Source: Podarcis tiliguerta (lineage: Eukaryota). From it: a stretch of DNA of 64,000 nucleotides. Every line of letters begins with the position of its first letter. Within the stretch, counting starts at the first letter, position 1. The translations under genes were made by a program, and so were the position numbers. The notes beneath the pieces are model-generated. The model was not told the origin of the DNA and did not search any database. It saw only the letters and a list, made by a program, of their open reading frames with translations. The stretch is from the NCBI GenBank assembly GCA_965153285.1, contig OZ229115.1. The stretch is one strand, 5' to 3'. Shown here in pieces: positions 12,278-24,700 of this stretch.

Positions 12278-12307
<30 letters not shown>
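12278..12307 (+). repeat. (GT)n microsatellite
   Basis: Directly visible. Confidence 0.95.
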
Positions 12308-12308
<1 letters not shown>

Positions 12309-14692
12309 TATATCTTTATACACCTGCCCTAAGGCAGAATAAACGAAGAAATAAAAGTCATTGCACACGACCAGGAGGTATAAAAGCCAAACATTCAAAC
12401 AACAGCAGCATCTGATAGCCTAGTGAGTTCCTTCACCCTGTTTCAGCCTAACTTCTTTTCTTGGAATGCCTAACTTTGTAATATGAGATTGAAGTGCGTG
12501 TGAGCTTTTGACAGATTCATCACATAGTGAAAAGCAGAAGACCTGGCCAAGCATGTAAGTGCAGTACACCTACAGTTGGAGAGGAAACCAAGAACCAAAA
12601 CCTTCTCTGAGCACATAGCATAGCACTGACAGACTTAGATGGATTGCCATTTCTGAAGAGTGGCAGAATACTTCAAGTCTCGAGCAGCTTTAAACAAATG
12701 ATTTCTAATATATTCTGCAACTGCAGACACATGATGAGATGATTTTTTTTTGTAGTGAACCAGTTTTGCACTGAAGAGAAACTCCCGCTCGGTTTTTAGA
12801 AGGTGAAAACACATTATGTGGCTATGGAGTAGTTAATTGAGAAAAAAAATTATGCAAGGCTTCCTTAGTGGTCAAAAGGAACACATTTTTGTGGGCTTGT
12901 GTTCCACTCTGGACCAATGTCGCACTATCAAGCTTCTGTGAAAACAGTGCTCATTTCAAAAATTAGAGGAGGAGGGGAATCACACGATGGCTTTACGCTA
13001 ACATGGTCTAAAAGTCTCAGCGCCCACATCCAGCCACAGCTGTGTACACACCAGTGAAACCATCCCCTATCCCTGCCAACAGAAACAACGAGATCTGCTT
13101 TGTTTGAAGGTAGCTCCTTATCACTGACTGAAACTGAGAAGCAAGAGAAAAGCTACTACGAAAATTCCATGGAAACAGGATAGATTGTTGTGTTCTTTTC
13201 ATGATCCCTTAACCTCTAAGTGCAATTAAACAAACTCACAGATCTGGGGTGTGGGTTCAAAACAGAGGCACCAAAAACTCAGTTTTTCAAAAATCCTGGG
13301 CTTTGAGATTCTAACACAGATTGCTGAAAGCATAGAATATTAACACTGCATATAGCTCTGTTTTCACGAAAACCTTTGCCAACATTTATCCCAAATGATT
13401 TAGGGGAAACAGAGTTAGATGATGAAGATGATGACAATAAGTGGAAAGAGCATACAGTGAAGAAATAAAATGTGATTTTTAATTCAGATAAAAAACAGGA
13501 CTGGGAAGAGTGGTGTTATGATGGTGTTATGGCCCCCATTCCCTGACTGTTAGTTTCAGCAAGGTCCAACATTATCAACTGTAGAAACAGAACAGTAGGA
13601 AAAAGGATATAATGTGTTAAAGCAGGTATGTTTCCATGCACTTTTCACCAAGGTGTATCCCTTGGGTGGCAAGAAATTTGAGTGTATTATACAAGATGAT
13701 AAAACTCAATGGAATAGGTATACACCATATAAAAATGCAGGAGTTCTAGACAGTCTGTGGTCCCTTTCACATTTGTATCTCAAAGTCCTGGGTGAGCAGA
13801 AAAAGACAAAGTTAAATGGCTTCCTGCTTACCTTAGAGGACTTCTGTTTCTCAAAGCACAGGAATCTAGCCAGATCCCTCTGTTCTACATTGCCTATGAA
13901 AACTGCTCATGTTTTCTAAAACCATAATCATGGAAGTTGTAGTCCAAAACATCTGGAGGACACCAGATTGGGGAAGACTGTCTAAAACTAACAGGAAACA
14001 TACTCTGCCATTAGTATTTTGCTATGGGTTAAACTAAAAGCACTAAATTCCCATGGCTTTATCCATTTCTACGTTTTAGCAATTTTCTCATGGACATGTG
14101 AAGAGCAGAAACAATCCGTCTTCTCTCAAAGTTTAAGTGAGTCACATGTGATCAAAATTTGGTCATGTAGCCAAGGTTCTCAATCAAATGCATCTTAACT
14201 GTGATGCTTTGATGCAGGTAATTTCTAACCCTTATGAATCTTTGGAAATTGGTCTCAAGTTGATTAAACATAGGCGCTGTTCCATGCTTTTTTGATTGAC
14301 TAGGCATGCAGCAATCACAAACCGAGCTGATGTTTTAGAACTGAACAGAAATTTAAATGTTCGAATTTTAAAAATTCAGAGGTTACCTCAGAATTCAAAA
14401 CTTGACTTGTTTTGATCACCTCTAAGGGGACGCTTCCTGATCTGAAGCAAATACTGAAGCAAAATATAAAATATTGATATCAAATAACATTTGTTGCTAA
14501 ATATACAACATTCACAGAACAGCTGGAACATATTTGAGTATTAGATGAATGTTTTAGTGAATAGTCAACATCAAAATTCACAAAGGAGATTTTTTTTTTA
14601 ACAGAATGGGTAACATGGGGTGGAGATACTGGTTTACCACTGTATGCAAGTTAAGCCCCATCTTACCTCAACCTGTCCTAGCTTCTTATTAC

Positions 14693-15020
14693 CTGTGCAA
14701 TGACTTCAGGGTCCATGGGCCGGTGGTTATTAAAGCTCTTTGACCTTCCAGTGGTCACATTTTTCCGGATGTGGGGGCTATCTATCCTGTTCTTCAGAGA
14801 GGCATGCCGGCTGAGCGAATTGAGGCTCCCATGGCCACTGATGGAAGATGCATCTGGTACCTCTTTCGGGAGACTTTGGCTCATAATGGGTTGTGAGGAG
14901 GGACGTGAACTGGCCACAGCTCCTGGTGGGACTGGTTCTCCCAGGGAGCTGGGCAGCCCGTGGCTGTCACTTTGACGGAAAGCTCTTCGTATGCTGCCAG
15001 ACTCTGGTCTCTTTCTTTGC
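14693..15020 (-). CDS. SRGAP2: SRGAP2 penultimate coding exon
   Basis: tgacag|G...CAG|gtaata; 328 nt, phase 2/0; QRKRPESGSIRR...RSKSFNNHRPMDPEVIAQ. Confidence 0.96.
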
Positions 15021-15191
15021 CTGTCACCATAAAAGAAGCAGGAGGTGGGGTGGGTGGGGATTAAGTGTTATAGAAGTTGTATTTCAACACAGGAATCCCA
15101 GAAAGGCAATGAAAGGATACTGAAATCGCAAAATAAACATTCTGAACTAAATCACCTTTTCCACTCTGCTTATAATAAAAAGCCACCATGA

Positions 15192-15395
15192 AGGTTAGCA
15201 CGTCAGAACAGAAACAGGAAGGACCCAGGTTCTACCCTCCACACAGCCGCAAACCTCACTGGGTGATTTGAGGCCGGCCAGCTTCCCTCAGCCCACTTTA
15301 TAGGGTTATTACAGGGGGAAAGCAGGGCAAGAATCAGGCACACTGCTTTGGGTTACTTGAAGGGAAGGTGGGCTAGAAATGTAAAATATAAATGA
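15192..15395 (+). mobile_element. Degenerate tRNA-derived SINE with L2/MIR-like tail
   Basis: gacccaggttc B-box-like motif, cactgggtga...ctcagcc core, A/T-rich tail; same family as ~63515-63690. Confidence 0.55.
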
Positions 15396-15645
15396 TTGAT
15401 TGAAACAAACGGTTTCAACATTATTGGCAGCCAAATGGGAAGTGTTTCAGCACTGCGAAATGTTGGCCTACTGACCTGGATGTCAGAGCTGCAACTAGTA
15501 GTATACCCCCGGTGCGACAAAACATTACATAAAACAATACAAATAAGCTAAACTAGTTCAACAGCTCAAAACTAAACAAAAGAAAAAAACAATGCTCAAC
15601 ACATACATTAAAGAGTGGTAATACAAAACCGATATTAACTCTTAC

Positions 15646-15792
15646 TTATTGATATTTGCAAGATAAATGTCTGCAACATGGCTCCCACTTGGGCAGTTGG
15701 AACCAGCTCTGGCAGTCACCTTTTCTTCCGGTGGCTCTGAATTTACTTCTATTTCAGATTTTGGGCTTGATCTTTCTGATACTCCATCCTCA
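15646..15792 (-). CDS. SRGAP2: SRGAP2 coding exon after SH3
   Basis: tctctag|T...AAT AA|gtaaga; 147 nt, phase 2/2; EDGVSERSSPKSEIEVNSEPPEEKVTARAG...VADIYLANIN. Confidence 0.96.
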
Positions 15793-16404
15793 CTAGAGAA
15801 GAAAAGAGCCACAACCACAAAACCTATGTTACACCTTCAAGATAAGCCACAGTAGAAGTCGCAGTAGATGGAACAATTTTATCATCAGTTTTTTTTTAAT
15901 GCTCTCAAATTACAACATCTCATTTTAATGCTTTACTTAAAAGGCTGGGTGGTGTACTTGGATTCTGAGAGCAGCCATAATGCAGCTTGTAAAACTAAGA
16001 TGCTATTTTTTTTGGGGGGGGGGGGGTTGTTGTTGTTGATTATTTTCATATAATCACATGAAGCAGCCGAGCATGTGTATAGGGCAGCAGTGAGGAATAG
16101 TTGGAAGACCTGGGCATGCCTAGCCTCAGAAAGGTTAAGGGAGCAGGGGCAGACTTTGGTAATATGAGTGAAGACAAAATCCCCCAATCCCTTTTGGTAG
16201 AGTTGTTTTTCTATAAACTTTTTGACTTTTAATATTATGTTGCACCCCCTTGGCTTAGTGCCCTGTGCGGAGGAACCACCCACACTGCCCTAAATCTGGC
16301 GCTGAAAGGAGGCATGATAGGCACCTTGTATTATCTGAAGGGCTGCTATGCAGCAGATGAAGCTGACCTATCCTCTATTACTCCTGAGGGCAGAATTAGA
16401 ATGC

Positions 16405-16581
16405 ATGGGTGGAAATGATAGGGAAGCAGATTCCGGCGACACTTCCTAACAGCTAGAGCTGTCTGATGGGAAGTGGTGTGCCCTCCTTCCTTGGAGGTAT
16501 TTAAACAGAGGGTGGATGCTAATCTGCCAGGAATGTTATGTTTGCAAGATCCTGTATTAAAGCATGGGGGTTGGACTAGAT
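16405..16581 (+). mobile_element. CR1 3' fragment, interrupted by a hAT MITE
   Basis: ctccttccttggaggtatttaaacagagg...gggttggactagat; tail resumes as ccttcccaactct after 16787. Confidence 0.75.
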
Positions 16582-16779
16582 CAGCGCTTTGCAAACTTTT
16601 GATGTCGGTGACACACTTTTTAGACACGCAAAATTTCATGACACAGTAATTCAGTTTGACCAGCAAACCGGGGGTTAAACTAACCCTTTTCCAGTCCCAG
16701 GAGCAGCACGGGGAGTGTTCACACTCCGCACTGCTACCGACACACTAACATGTTGCGACAAAGAGTTTGGAAAGCTCTG
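16582..16779. mobile_element. hAT-like MITE
   Basis: Imperfect TIRs CAGCGCTTTGCAAACT / AGTTTGGAAAGCTCTG; degenerate 8-bp flanks gactagat / ggacagat. Confidence 0.7.
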
Positions 16780-16923
16780 GGACAGATCCTTCCCAACTCT
16801 TCATTCCTAATACTTTAAGGTGCAAAGAGACATTTCAAGACATCTTCTTCCCCAGAAGCAATATTAAATCTGAACCCTGTTTATCCAAGTACCATGCCCC
16901 AATGGTCTTAAGAGGTAACATAC

Positions 16924-17104
16924 GTGTCCTGGACAACGATGTACTGATGGGGGATCAGGCCATCAATTCCGTTGTGACGGCCCTCCCACCAGTCGTCAGA
17001 GGCCCGGTGATAAAGCAGGAGGGAAGCCCCCTTTTTAAAAGAGAGCTCACGTGCTGTTCGGCCGCTGTAGTCAAATTTGGCTATTGCTTCAATAGGTTCA
17101 CATT
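16924..17104 (-). CDS. SRGAP2: SRGAP2 coding exon, SH3 domain
   Basis: ctgcag|AA...GAC AC|gtatgt; 181 nt, phase 1/2; [25 protein letters not shown]...[24 protein letters not shown]. Confidence 0.98.
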
Positions 17105-17629
17105 CTGCAGGAAAAAGAAACAACATTTCAATGAATTTGCATATCAGTGTTTAAACCATTCACCTTAAAAAGAAAAATAAAAGTGAGGAATTCAAATATC
17201 TATATTTGTTGTCAGCTGAGATACTGGAGGTCAAATGCACCTGGCAAATGAGGCCAGGCCATTTAGAAGCACGTTATACACCCTCCAAAGCGTTAGAGGT
17301 CTACTGCTACCAGTGAAATGTTCACAGATGCTTACCTCTACAGTGAACTCAACATAACTGTCCTGGCAGCTGGGGACAGGTGGGCCGGTCCACAGGACTT
17401 CCAGACACAGAGTATTTTCTGTACTATGCAAAGAATTGCTCAGCTGGGAGTGGTCAGGTCAGAAAATGGTAGAGCCTGTGGAGACCTTAATGGCTTCTTA
17501 GGATCTGGATCATGCTGGGCCTGAAAGCTGCAGTAGAACAACTTGCCAACTGCTGCACGAGGGGAAGTTAAATGAGGCACAAGGGGTTCACAATCCACAT
17601 GAAGCTAAGGTATGTACAGGCCCTTGGTC

Positions 17630-17739
17630 TGGCTTGTCGTCAGGGTGGCATGAGATTGTGAGATGCTTTAGTTGAGATTCCTGTTTGGACTAGATGGCCC
17701 TTGGCGTCCCTTCCAACTCTACAATTCTATGGTTCTATG
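17630..17739 (+). mobile_element. CR1 3' tail fragment
   Basis: ttggactagatggccc...tcccttccaactctacaattctatggttctatg; CR1 hairpin plus (ATTCTATG)n-type tail. Confidence 0.8.
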
Positions 17740-19353
17740 CTTATTGACAAGGTAAAGGCTCTAAGGGTTTCTTCACCTAGGTGTGCACGTAAGAGTACAC
17801 ACACACACACCCCCCTCTTCAGTGGATACCTAAATATATGCAGTCTAAATAACTGTTGTGAAGAAGATGCTTGGAAACTGTATTGTAATAGGTACACCAG
17901 GGACCCAAGAATGCCTGCAGCTCTCTGTAGAGTATACAGTTAGTGGCAAAAACAGGTTTGTTTCTGCACAGTGGAATGGCCTGCTGGACATACTGCTCCA
18001 TAGGGTGGAAGTTATTCCAAATTATTACGTTCCCAAGCAATGACTCCCAATAGGGATCATGAACAGAGTCTTCCTGCACTGAAGTTACCCCCCCCCTTGT
18101 AATCCAGTCCATGGCTCTCGTCTACAATCTAATTCTTTGGGAGGAATTCAACATCATGCTGTGGGTTGTTCCATTTGCACAAGCATTTTGGCTTCCCAGA
18201 TGAAGTGATCCCACCTCTCCTAAACTCCCTGAACCAATGTCAGGGGAAATAGCGGGTACCCAGGGGGCGGGGAGGAAAGCCCTGTTGCATATGCAGAAGT
18301 CCATGTGGAAGGCATCTGCTGACAGGACTCATTAGTTGAATCCCATCCACTGTATTCTAGCTCTGCCTCTCTTTCGTGACTGGTTATCCCACTTCTTTCC
18401 ACCTTACCACCTTTGATGACCTCTACAATTGACCTCTCAGTCTTGAGCCTTGCTCTTTCCTCCCTTCCTAGTCTTGGCAAATTTTGCTTGGCTCAGATGA
18501 ACATACTCATTCAAAAACACATTTTTTTATTATTACTGAATTCACTCTCCATTTGGATAGCCTTTCTCCTTGGCTGATTTTCATTATGTAATAAGTCACC
18601 ACCTAAAAGCCCAACAGCATGAATCAGGCAGCAACTTAAGTTAATCCTCAGAAAAGTTGCATGTTCGAAGAGGAAGCCCTTCTTTGGGCAAAGACAATTG
18701 TGATCTGGGTAGGCTCTCTCAGGAAGTACAGGGCGAACATGTCTGAGACAAAGAGACTTCAGCACCGCTGCCTGACCCATCAGCCTTTGGAGCCCCTTGA
18801 ACCAAGAAACTGAGCTTAACCCCCGAGGCTGCAAAGTACAGAGACTGGCTGAAGGCCAAGCAAGCACATCTGTAAGACTGAAAATCCAGTAATGGATTTT
18901 CCAGAAAGAAAAAGAGTTATCTGAACTATGCATTGCAAAGTAGTTTGTAGACAGAGAGCTCGGGTAATCAGCTCACACTAGTTAACAAGGTTTTACCTCG
19001 GTAACAAATCATTGTTGTTTTTAGCTGGGTTGGAGTGTTTTTTTTCAATGAATACTCCTTGAATTGTGTGCTTCCCTGTTTTCCTCTCGCTTGTTTAGTT
19101 TCTGGCACCTTATTTTTTTTTTTTTTTTAAAATGGGCCTCCATTGTGCATTTTATTACCAGCTAGGGAATTGTATATTTCAAATAGCAATTGTTTATTAT
19201 ACCAAAATCAGCAGGCCACTTAACTTCCAATATTCCCTTTTGGAATTTAGCCTTTAGCCTGGCGAAGGATAATGACCTCTAATGTCCAGCAGGCCTGCAC
19301 TACAGCTGGGGGATAAAGATCAAAAATAGCTACTGGTCTTCCTCTTTGAACCT

Positions 19354-19630
19354 GTTGTTGTTGTTGTTTTGTTGTTTAGTCGTTCAGTCGTGTCCGACTC
19401 TTCATGACCCCATGGACCAGAGAACGTCAGGCACTCCTGTCTTCCACTGCCTCCTGCAGTTTGGTCAAACTAATGTTATTAGCTTTGAGAACACTGTCCA
19501 ACCGTCTCATCCTCTGTCATCCCCTTCTCCTTGTGCCCTCAATCTTTCCCAACATCAGGGTCTTTTCCAGGGAGTCTTCTCTTCTCAGGAGGTGGCCAAA
19601 GTATTGGAACCTCAGCTTCACGATCTGTCC
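19354..19630 (-). mobile_element. BovB (RTE clade) LINE, 5'-truncated 3' end
   Basis: Minus strand: ...GGAAAAGACCCTGATGTTGGGAAAGATTGAGGGC...CCATGGGGTCATGAAGAGTCGGACACGACTGAACGACTAAAC + (CAA)n tail. Confidence 0.9.
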
Positions 19631-20351
19631 AAAAATAGCTAGTGATCCTCATCTCAACTTTGAACCTAGGCGTGGCCTATTAGTCTTTGTCCATTAATTA
19701 TCACTCAGTGGACCAGGAAAGGCTCCAACATTATTCCAATTCACACTTGACATAGCAAGAGACAATGGAATTGGGGGGGGGGGGCATCTAATCCAATTCT
19801 CAGTCTTAAGGCACGACTGTTAAACCTATTAACATAAACTTCATGATTACCTGATGATTACAGCTAGCATGGCTTACAGATTATAGTTAAGATGCTTTAA
19901 CACACAGTTAAGAGGGTTTAATATCATAGGCAGGAAAACAGGAGCAAAAAAGAGCCCAATGCCAGAGGCCAACACAGCCTAATTACTAAAACTGTGCACT
20001 TGGATTTCCAGATAGTTCAAGTAAGCAAGTCATGGAGATGTTAACAAGAGAAATTCAGAGACCACAGCTCTTCTCCTGTAGTACATCTCCATCTTGCTAC
20101 CTTGACAACAGCTCACTGAAATCTTTGCGATCAGTCAAGTATTAAAACTGGCATACCAGATTTGTGGCTCTAGCTAAGAAACATGAGGAAATATCTTAAA
20201 CCCACCTTGCCTTGTTGGTAAATTCTGTTTTGTCCATAAGCCTATATACACAGGGATGACACCCACATGCCAAAACGGCTTTCCCATCTCATGCCAAGCT
20301 TGAAAGTAAATGGGCAGCCAGCTTTGAAACAGCTGTCAAACAACTGCTTAC

Positions 20352-20431
20352 CATCATCGCTGGTATGGTGTTCAGTGACCATATCCTGAGCTGCATCTTC
20401 TGTGGAGGCTGTCTCTCCATGGGGGCTTTCA
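20352..20431 (-). CDS. SRGAP2: SRGAP2 coding exon, RhoGAP-SH3 linker
   Basis: ttgcag|T...GAT G|gtaagc; 80 nt, phase 2/1; ESPHGETASTEDAAQDMVTEHHTSDD. Confidence 0.96.
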
Positions 20432-20871
20432 CTGCAAGAAGAAAGACAGAGAGGGCTACGTTGACGGGGCATGTTTTCCTGTTTTTTCAAAAAAGAAAAC
20501 AACTGGCTGGTAAATGGTATGTGGGACCATAGGTATCCCAGTGACACTTGAACTTTTGGGTGGAAGAGCAATGTTTGATGGAGACATGCAAAGCATGTAG
20601 TTTGGCTACATGTAGTAGAAACCTTTTGAGGCTTGGGTGGCAATAGTAACTTCTCTCCTTAAGCTTAACTCTGCAGGGGGTGGGGGACAAAAGCTCCTAC
20701 ACCACACGGACTTGTCATAGATGGGGCTTTTGGAATAGGTCAGAAGATGGGAGGCACATGTCCTGGTCCAATATCCCAAAGAATATGTGGTGGTCCATCT
20801 ACTCCAGCACAGGTCAACATGTGAAGTTGCCTTATGCTGAATGTGACTCTTGGTCCACCTAGCCAAATATA

Positions 20872-21131
20872 CCGTATTTTCTGCTCTATAAGACTCACTT
20901 TTTCCCTCCTAAAAAGTAAGGGGAAATGTGTGTGCGTCTTATGGAGCGAATGCAGGCTGCGCAGCTATCCCAGAAGCCAGAACAGCAAGAGGGGTTGCTG
21001 CTTTCACTGCGCAGCGATCCCTCTTGCTGTTCTGGCTTCTGAGATTCAGAATTCCCCCCCCCCTTGTTTTCCTCCTCCAAAAACTAGGTGCGTCTTGTGG
21101 TCTGGTGCGTCTTATAGAGCGAAAAATACGG
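20872..21131. mobile_element. Tc1/mariner-type MITE (CCGTATTT TIR), copy 1, inserted in an older SINE
   Basis: TA|CCGTATTTTCTGCTCTATAAGAC...GTCTTATAGAGCGAAAAATACGG|TA; internal inverted repeat; near-identical to 48569-48827. Confidence 0.9.
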
Positions 21132-21479
21132 TAGTTGACTCGGATTTGCAGCAGCTTTCCAGGGTCTCTGCTACCTAATCCATTTAATTGAATATGCTGA
21201 TGATTAAACTTGGAATTGTCTGCGTGTGCTGTACTACGGAGCTATGGGCCCTCCTAACAGTTTAGCTGGTGCCAAGAAATGCTTGAAAAGCATGGGGCAT
21301 GAGTTGTGTTGTGTGAGAGCTGGGAACAAAGGCTTGAAGGTCTATCAGCAGGTGCCACAAGAGGTGAGGTTCACATTGCTAAGCTCTGAATGGGACCTGT
21401 CTAAGATGCCAACTGTTTGCAAGTTTTGTGACATGGTAGAAAAAGTTCTTAATGAAATAACTAAAGTACCCCTTGCCTG

Positions 21480-21725
21480 TCTCACAATGGCTTCTCTACA
21501 AACAATTCAAAGTGCTAGCTTTGACTTCCAAACTCCTACACTGCTTGGGATTGCCATACCTAAAGGAATGCTCCTTACCATATGTACCTACCCAGGCCCT
21601 GAGGTCATCGATGGAGTCCCTTCTTCAAGTTCCCTCTCAAAATGAAATTTGGAGGGTAATCCCAAGGGAGATGGCCTTTTCAGTAGTGGCCTCCCCTTTG
21701 TGGAATGCTCTTGCTAGAAAGACTT
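21480..21725 (+). mobile_element. L2 LINE ORF2 3' fragment
   Basis: Translates to QFKVLALTSKLL..GLPYLKE...REMAFSVVASPLWNAL, an L2 C-terminal signature. Confidence 0.8.
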
Positions 21726-24700
21726 ATCTAAAGTTTTGTCTACCTTATAAGATCTTATAAATTAATTAATTTTGTATAATTTTGTCTGTAGATCTCAGGT
21801 CAATTCACAACTGTTTGACATCAGGAAAAGACTTTTTTTTGTTCACTGGGACTTTATTATGTATTGTTATCATTTTATTATAGTATTTGTCAAATGGTGG
21901 CATTATGTTCAGATTTTAGCTTTTGTAGCTGGGCTGTATTTTGTGGCTTTGTGTCTATCTTGGATTGTGTGACTGGATTTAAACCAATGTGGGTCAGTTT
22001 TACTGATTTATGTCTTTATTGAGTGGTTTCTTTACCTCCCCCCCCCCCAATTTTACTGTGTATGCCACCTAGATAGTATTTTTATCAGGCAGTTCATAAA
22101 CTGAACTGAACTGAACTGAACCAGCAAAATAAACACGTTTTGTTCCATATGCTCTGCGTCAGGCCCAAGTCTCAGGATAGACAAGTAAATACTTTAGTTA
22201 TGTTGGTTCAAATTTCAATTCCCCCAACTCAAAAGGACATCAGTCATCCTGTAGCAGTAGATTTCTTGCATCGTTCGGAGTCTGGACTAGAAGATCTTTG
22301 AAGTCCCTGTCAACTCTGTGGGTGGGATTCACCCAAACAGCCCCAGAAGTCAAAGCCTACTCAAGTACTTTTGTTCATGCAACAGGGCTTCCCCATACTA
22401 TGTGATCCAAAATTGCCTGGGGGAACATGGTCAAGAGAGGGGCAAGCTGCAATGCTTGCAGAAACAGAACAATAATGTTCCACATGATGATTCTGTCTGG
22501 AAAAACTAGTTGCTTTCCTCCTGTTTAGTTTCTCCCTCCTGCACAATTTTGCTTTCCTTTTTTTAAAATTTCACCAAGCTGCCCCACCATGAAGCCTCAG
22601 AAGCTCTTTCAAATGCAGATGGCACTTGGCACAAGTTGTGAATTTATATCAGACCACTAAAATAGATGCTGTGTATTTTTTATCTAGCCTGCCATAGGTG
22701 CTGTGCACTCAATGCAGACACATCCAGAGATAGGGCATAACAGAGCCTTGTTCCCCTGAATGAGAAGACCAGGATATAATAGGAACTAGACAGCTTCTGT
22801 ATACTTCCATAACTGGATCTAGCTTTCCACCGAATCCCTTGGTCAAGGCAGCGAGATAAGGGGAGTGGGTGCATGTGTAGAGCCTAGGGAGGAAGCCACA
22901 GTGGTGGCTGGTGCCAGTTGGGAGTGGTGGGATAGAAAGTAGGGAGGCAAATGGTAGGTGGAGGCAGAGGCAATGTCAGGCAGAGACAGCAAGTTCTAGT
23001 TTTGTCCTCCTCCCTGCTTAGTTCTACAAAGGCAAAACTGAGACTAAGGAGGAAGAAACCATTGACCAGAGCCATCCCCTGGGGGAGGTGGATTTGGCTG
23101 AACACAAGACTGAAGTTGGTGGGGCAGTGCCCCATTTACCCTAATGGATCAGCCTCCACTGGCCTCCCATTCTCTCCCCCCCCCCCAGTAAGTAGATGTC
23201 TGACATGTTAAGTACCCATACAGTACATCTGGAAGGAAAGATAGGATTCGTTATGCCACCCTACCCCTCATTTTGGGGTAGATCTGGAAATGTAAGAAGC
23301 TGCTTGTCAATGCCACAAAATAACCAATTCATAGAATTAAAACTGGTGATGCTCAGAACCCACCCCCAAACAGGGGCCTCTCCCCACAATAAAGTAGACA
23401 AAAAAGCAAGCAACCGCCCCTCCCAGCCCACCAAAAGGTACACTTTAAACTGAACAACCACCCACACACAAAAATCCATTAAAAATAACTGGGAGAGAAA
23501 GGGGACCTTAGTGGGCACAGAATTCTTCTGTGAGTGAGCATGATACCTGCAGCAGACTATATTTAGCCCTGTAGCTTACTAGATCAGAAGTGGGAAATAG
23601 ATAAGACAATTCAGACATTTACAGAGACTTTGGTATTAATCAAAAGGCATGATTTTGCCCTATTATGATTGTACCAGTATCAACTGGGTGGCTGGGGAAA
23701 CCTAGCCAGATGGGTGGGGTAAAATAATAATAAAATAAAATAAAAATTACTTGTTCGTGTACAGTTGTAGACTGATTTTTGGTCTCTCTAAAATCCTCAG
23801 ATTTCTTCACAGTGGAATGCTTTGTATCATCTTTTTTAGGAATTAACTGACCGCCATTTTTAATAAAAGTGTGTGTATGCATATGCATGTTGAACAAAAT
23901 CGAACATCTCATTACAGTTAATCTATACGAAAACCCAGCTTTTGAGTGCATCCAGAATCTACATCTTAGGAGATGTCAGTCAGTCCTCCTATATTTATCA
24001 AAGAATGGTAAGTAAGACATTTAAAGCCAATGGCGAACATTTCAGATTTTGAGATAATGAAGCTTATTATAAAAAAATGTACTGATGTACAGTGCAAAGA
24101 TATGATCCCATAGCATTCCTGCCCCCACCCACAAGCTCAATCCTCATTCAGAATTAATTTCCTTGGTTGAAAGAGATACTATTTTTCTAACTCTTATGTG
24201 GCCATTTATGTACTGTACTACAATGAGGCAGAATACTAGAAGAAATTTAAGACAAGAAATACTGTTACAATGTGTTGAGAGAACTAGCTTAGCCGCTAGG
24301 GGACCCTTATGCCATGTATGGTAGAAACCTCTGAGGTTCAGAGCCCTCCACACAGTATGACTTAATCCTATGATACTTATGAAGCAAAGGTCATATTTCT
24401 CCTAGCTTAATTACTCTGCACATAAGATGATGAACTGAACTCCTTTGCCTTCAAGGGAAGAAATGTCTGGTGAACTCACATGACCTAGTGTTTTTTCTAG
24501 AAACACAATGATTCCTATCACCTTGTGTTGGATAAATGGTCTTGTGGTGTGTGCAGGCCAATTTGTTTCCCAATGTTTCACAAAATCAAAACTTCTCACT
24601 ACAGTTTGTCCCCAAAATGTTGAACCATGCACAAGGGTTGTGGTGCACATGGACATCCAAAGTGAATGGAAATTAAGTTCATGGTAGAAAATTAAATGGG

